Part shown: in pieces, positions 63,731 to 64,000 of the stretch
Layout: each line of letters opens with the position of its first letter
Position numbering within the stretch: the stretch's first letter is position 1
Origin: Haliotis rubra
Lineage: Eukaryota
Reading direction: 5' to 3'
Assembly: GCF_003918875.1 (NCBI RefSeq)
Contig: NW_025765204.1
Span: 124,001 to 188,000, forward strand
DNA: 64,000 bases
Notes under the pieces: model-generated
The model's input: the letters and a program-made list of their open reading frames with translations, nothing else
Told to the model about the DNA's origin: nothing
Database searches by the model: none
Position numbers and translations under genes: made by a program

Positions 63731-64000
63731 CTGTTGTGAAAAATAATTATATGTAAATAAAAGTTCTTTTCATTTCAAATTGTTATCTTGTTATTATTTT
63801 GTGAATAGTGTTGTGTGGGGCCACATACCGGTAAGATATCTTGTTTCTCATTTCTGTATATTACTTCTAATATATTTGTACATGTTTCGCTGGAAGACCA
63901 TCATTCTGAACATGCTTTATCTGTTGTCATTTCTACGAGTTAATTTCTGCTGATGAACAATATATTAAAACAACACCGACATCCAAATGGACCATATTTT

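Larger units (their letters stand above)
58874..64000. mobile_element. PIF/Harbinger DNA transposon (left end; continues beyond the window)
   Basis: CAG target followed by TIR GGGCCGGATTCACTAAA; dense subterminal (T)CTTAG/CTAAG repeats at 58890-59080; encodes a Myb/SANT protein (+) and a convergent transposase (-). Confidence 0.85.

Overview
Eukaryotic (animal) genomic DNA with six assembly gaps. The SINE and LINE complement suggests a mollusc, probably a gastropod such as abalone (inference). Host genes: (1) an intronless PDIK1L/STK35-like Ser/Thr kinase with an unusual C-terminal hydrophobic hairpin (7290/7335-8345); (2) a dynein light chain LC8 paralog (24742-25011); (3) a 9-exon LDLRAP1/ARH PTB adaptor (29424-45370, 305 aa, all intron phases consistent); (4) a two-exon gene missed by the ORF track, encoding a disordered N-terminus, about 12 17-aa tandem repeats, a divergent non-RD kinase, a TM helix and a Cys-rich tail (about 54800-58015, with one frameshift inside the repeats). 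The right end holds a spliced PIF/Harbinger transposon (left TIR, 4-exon Myb/SANT gene, and the last exon of a convergent transposase). Other mobile DNA: an internally deleted Academ-like element, L2 and RTE-X LINE fragments, many SINEs (short tRNA-SINE, headless Meta-domain SINE, V-SINE, tRNA- and 5S-headed Nin/Deu SINEs), MITEs with 3-8 bp TSDs including a three-layer nest, and several minisatellites. The most novel-looking signal is the pair of unrelated kinases that both end in membrane anchors. All family assignments come from motif recognition, not from database searches.
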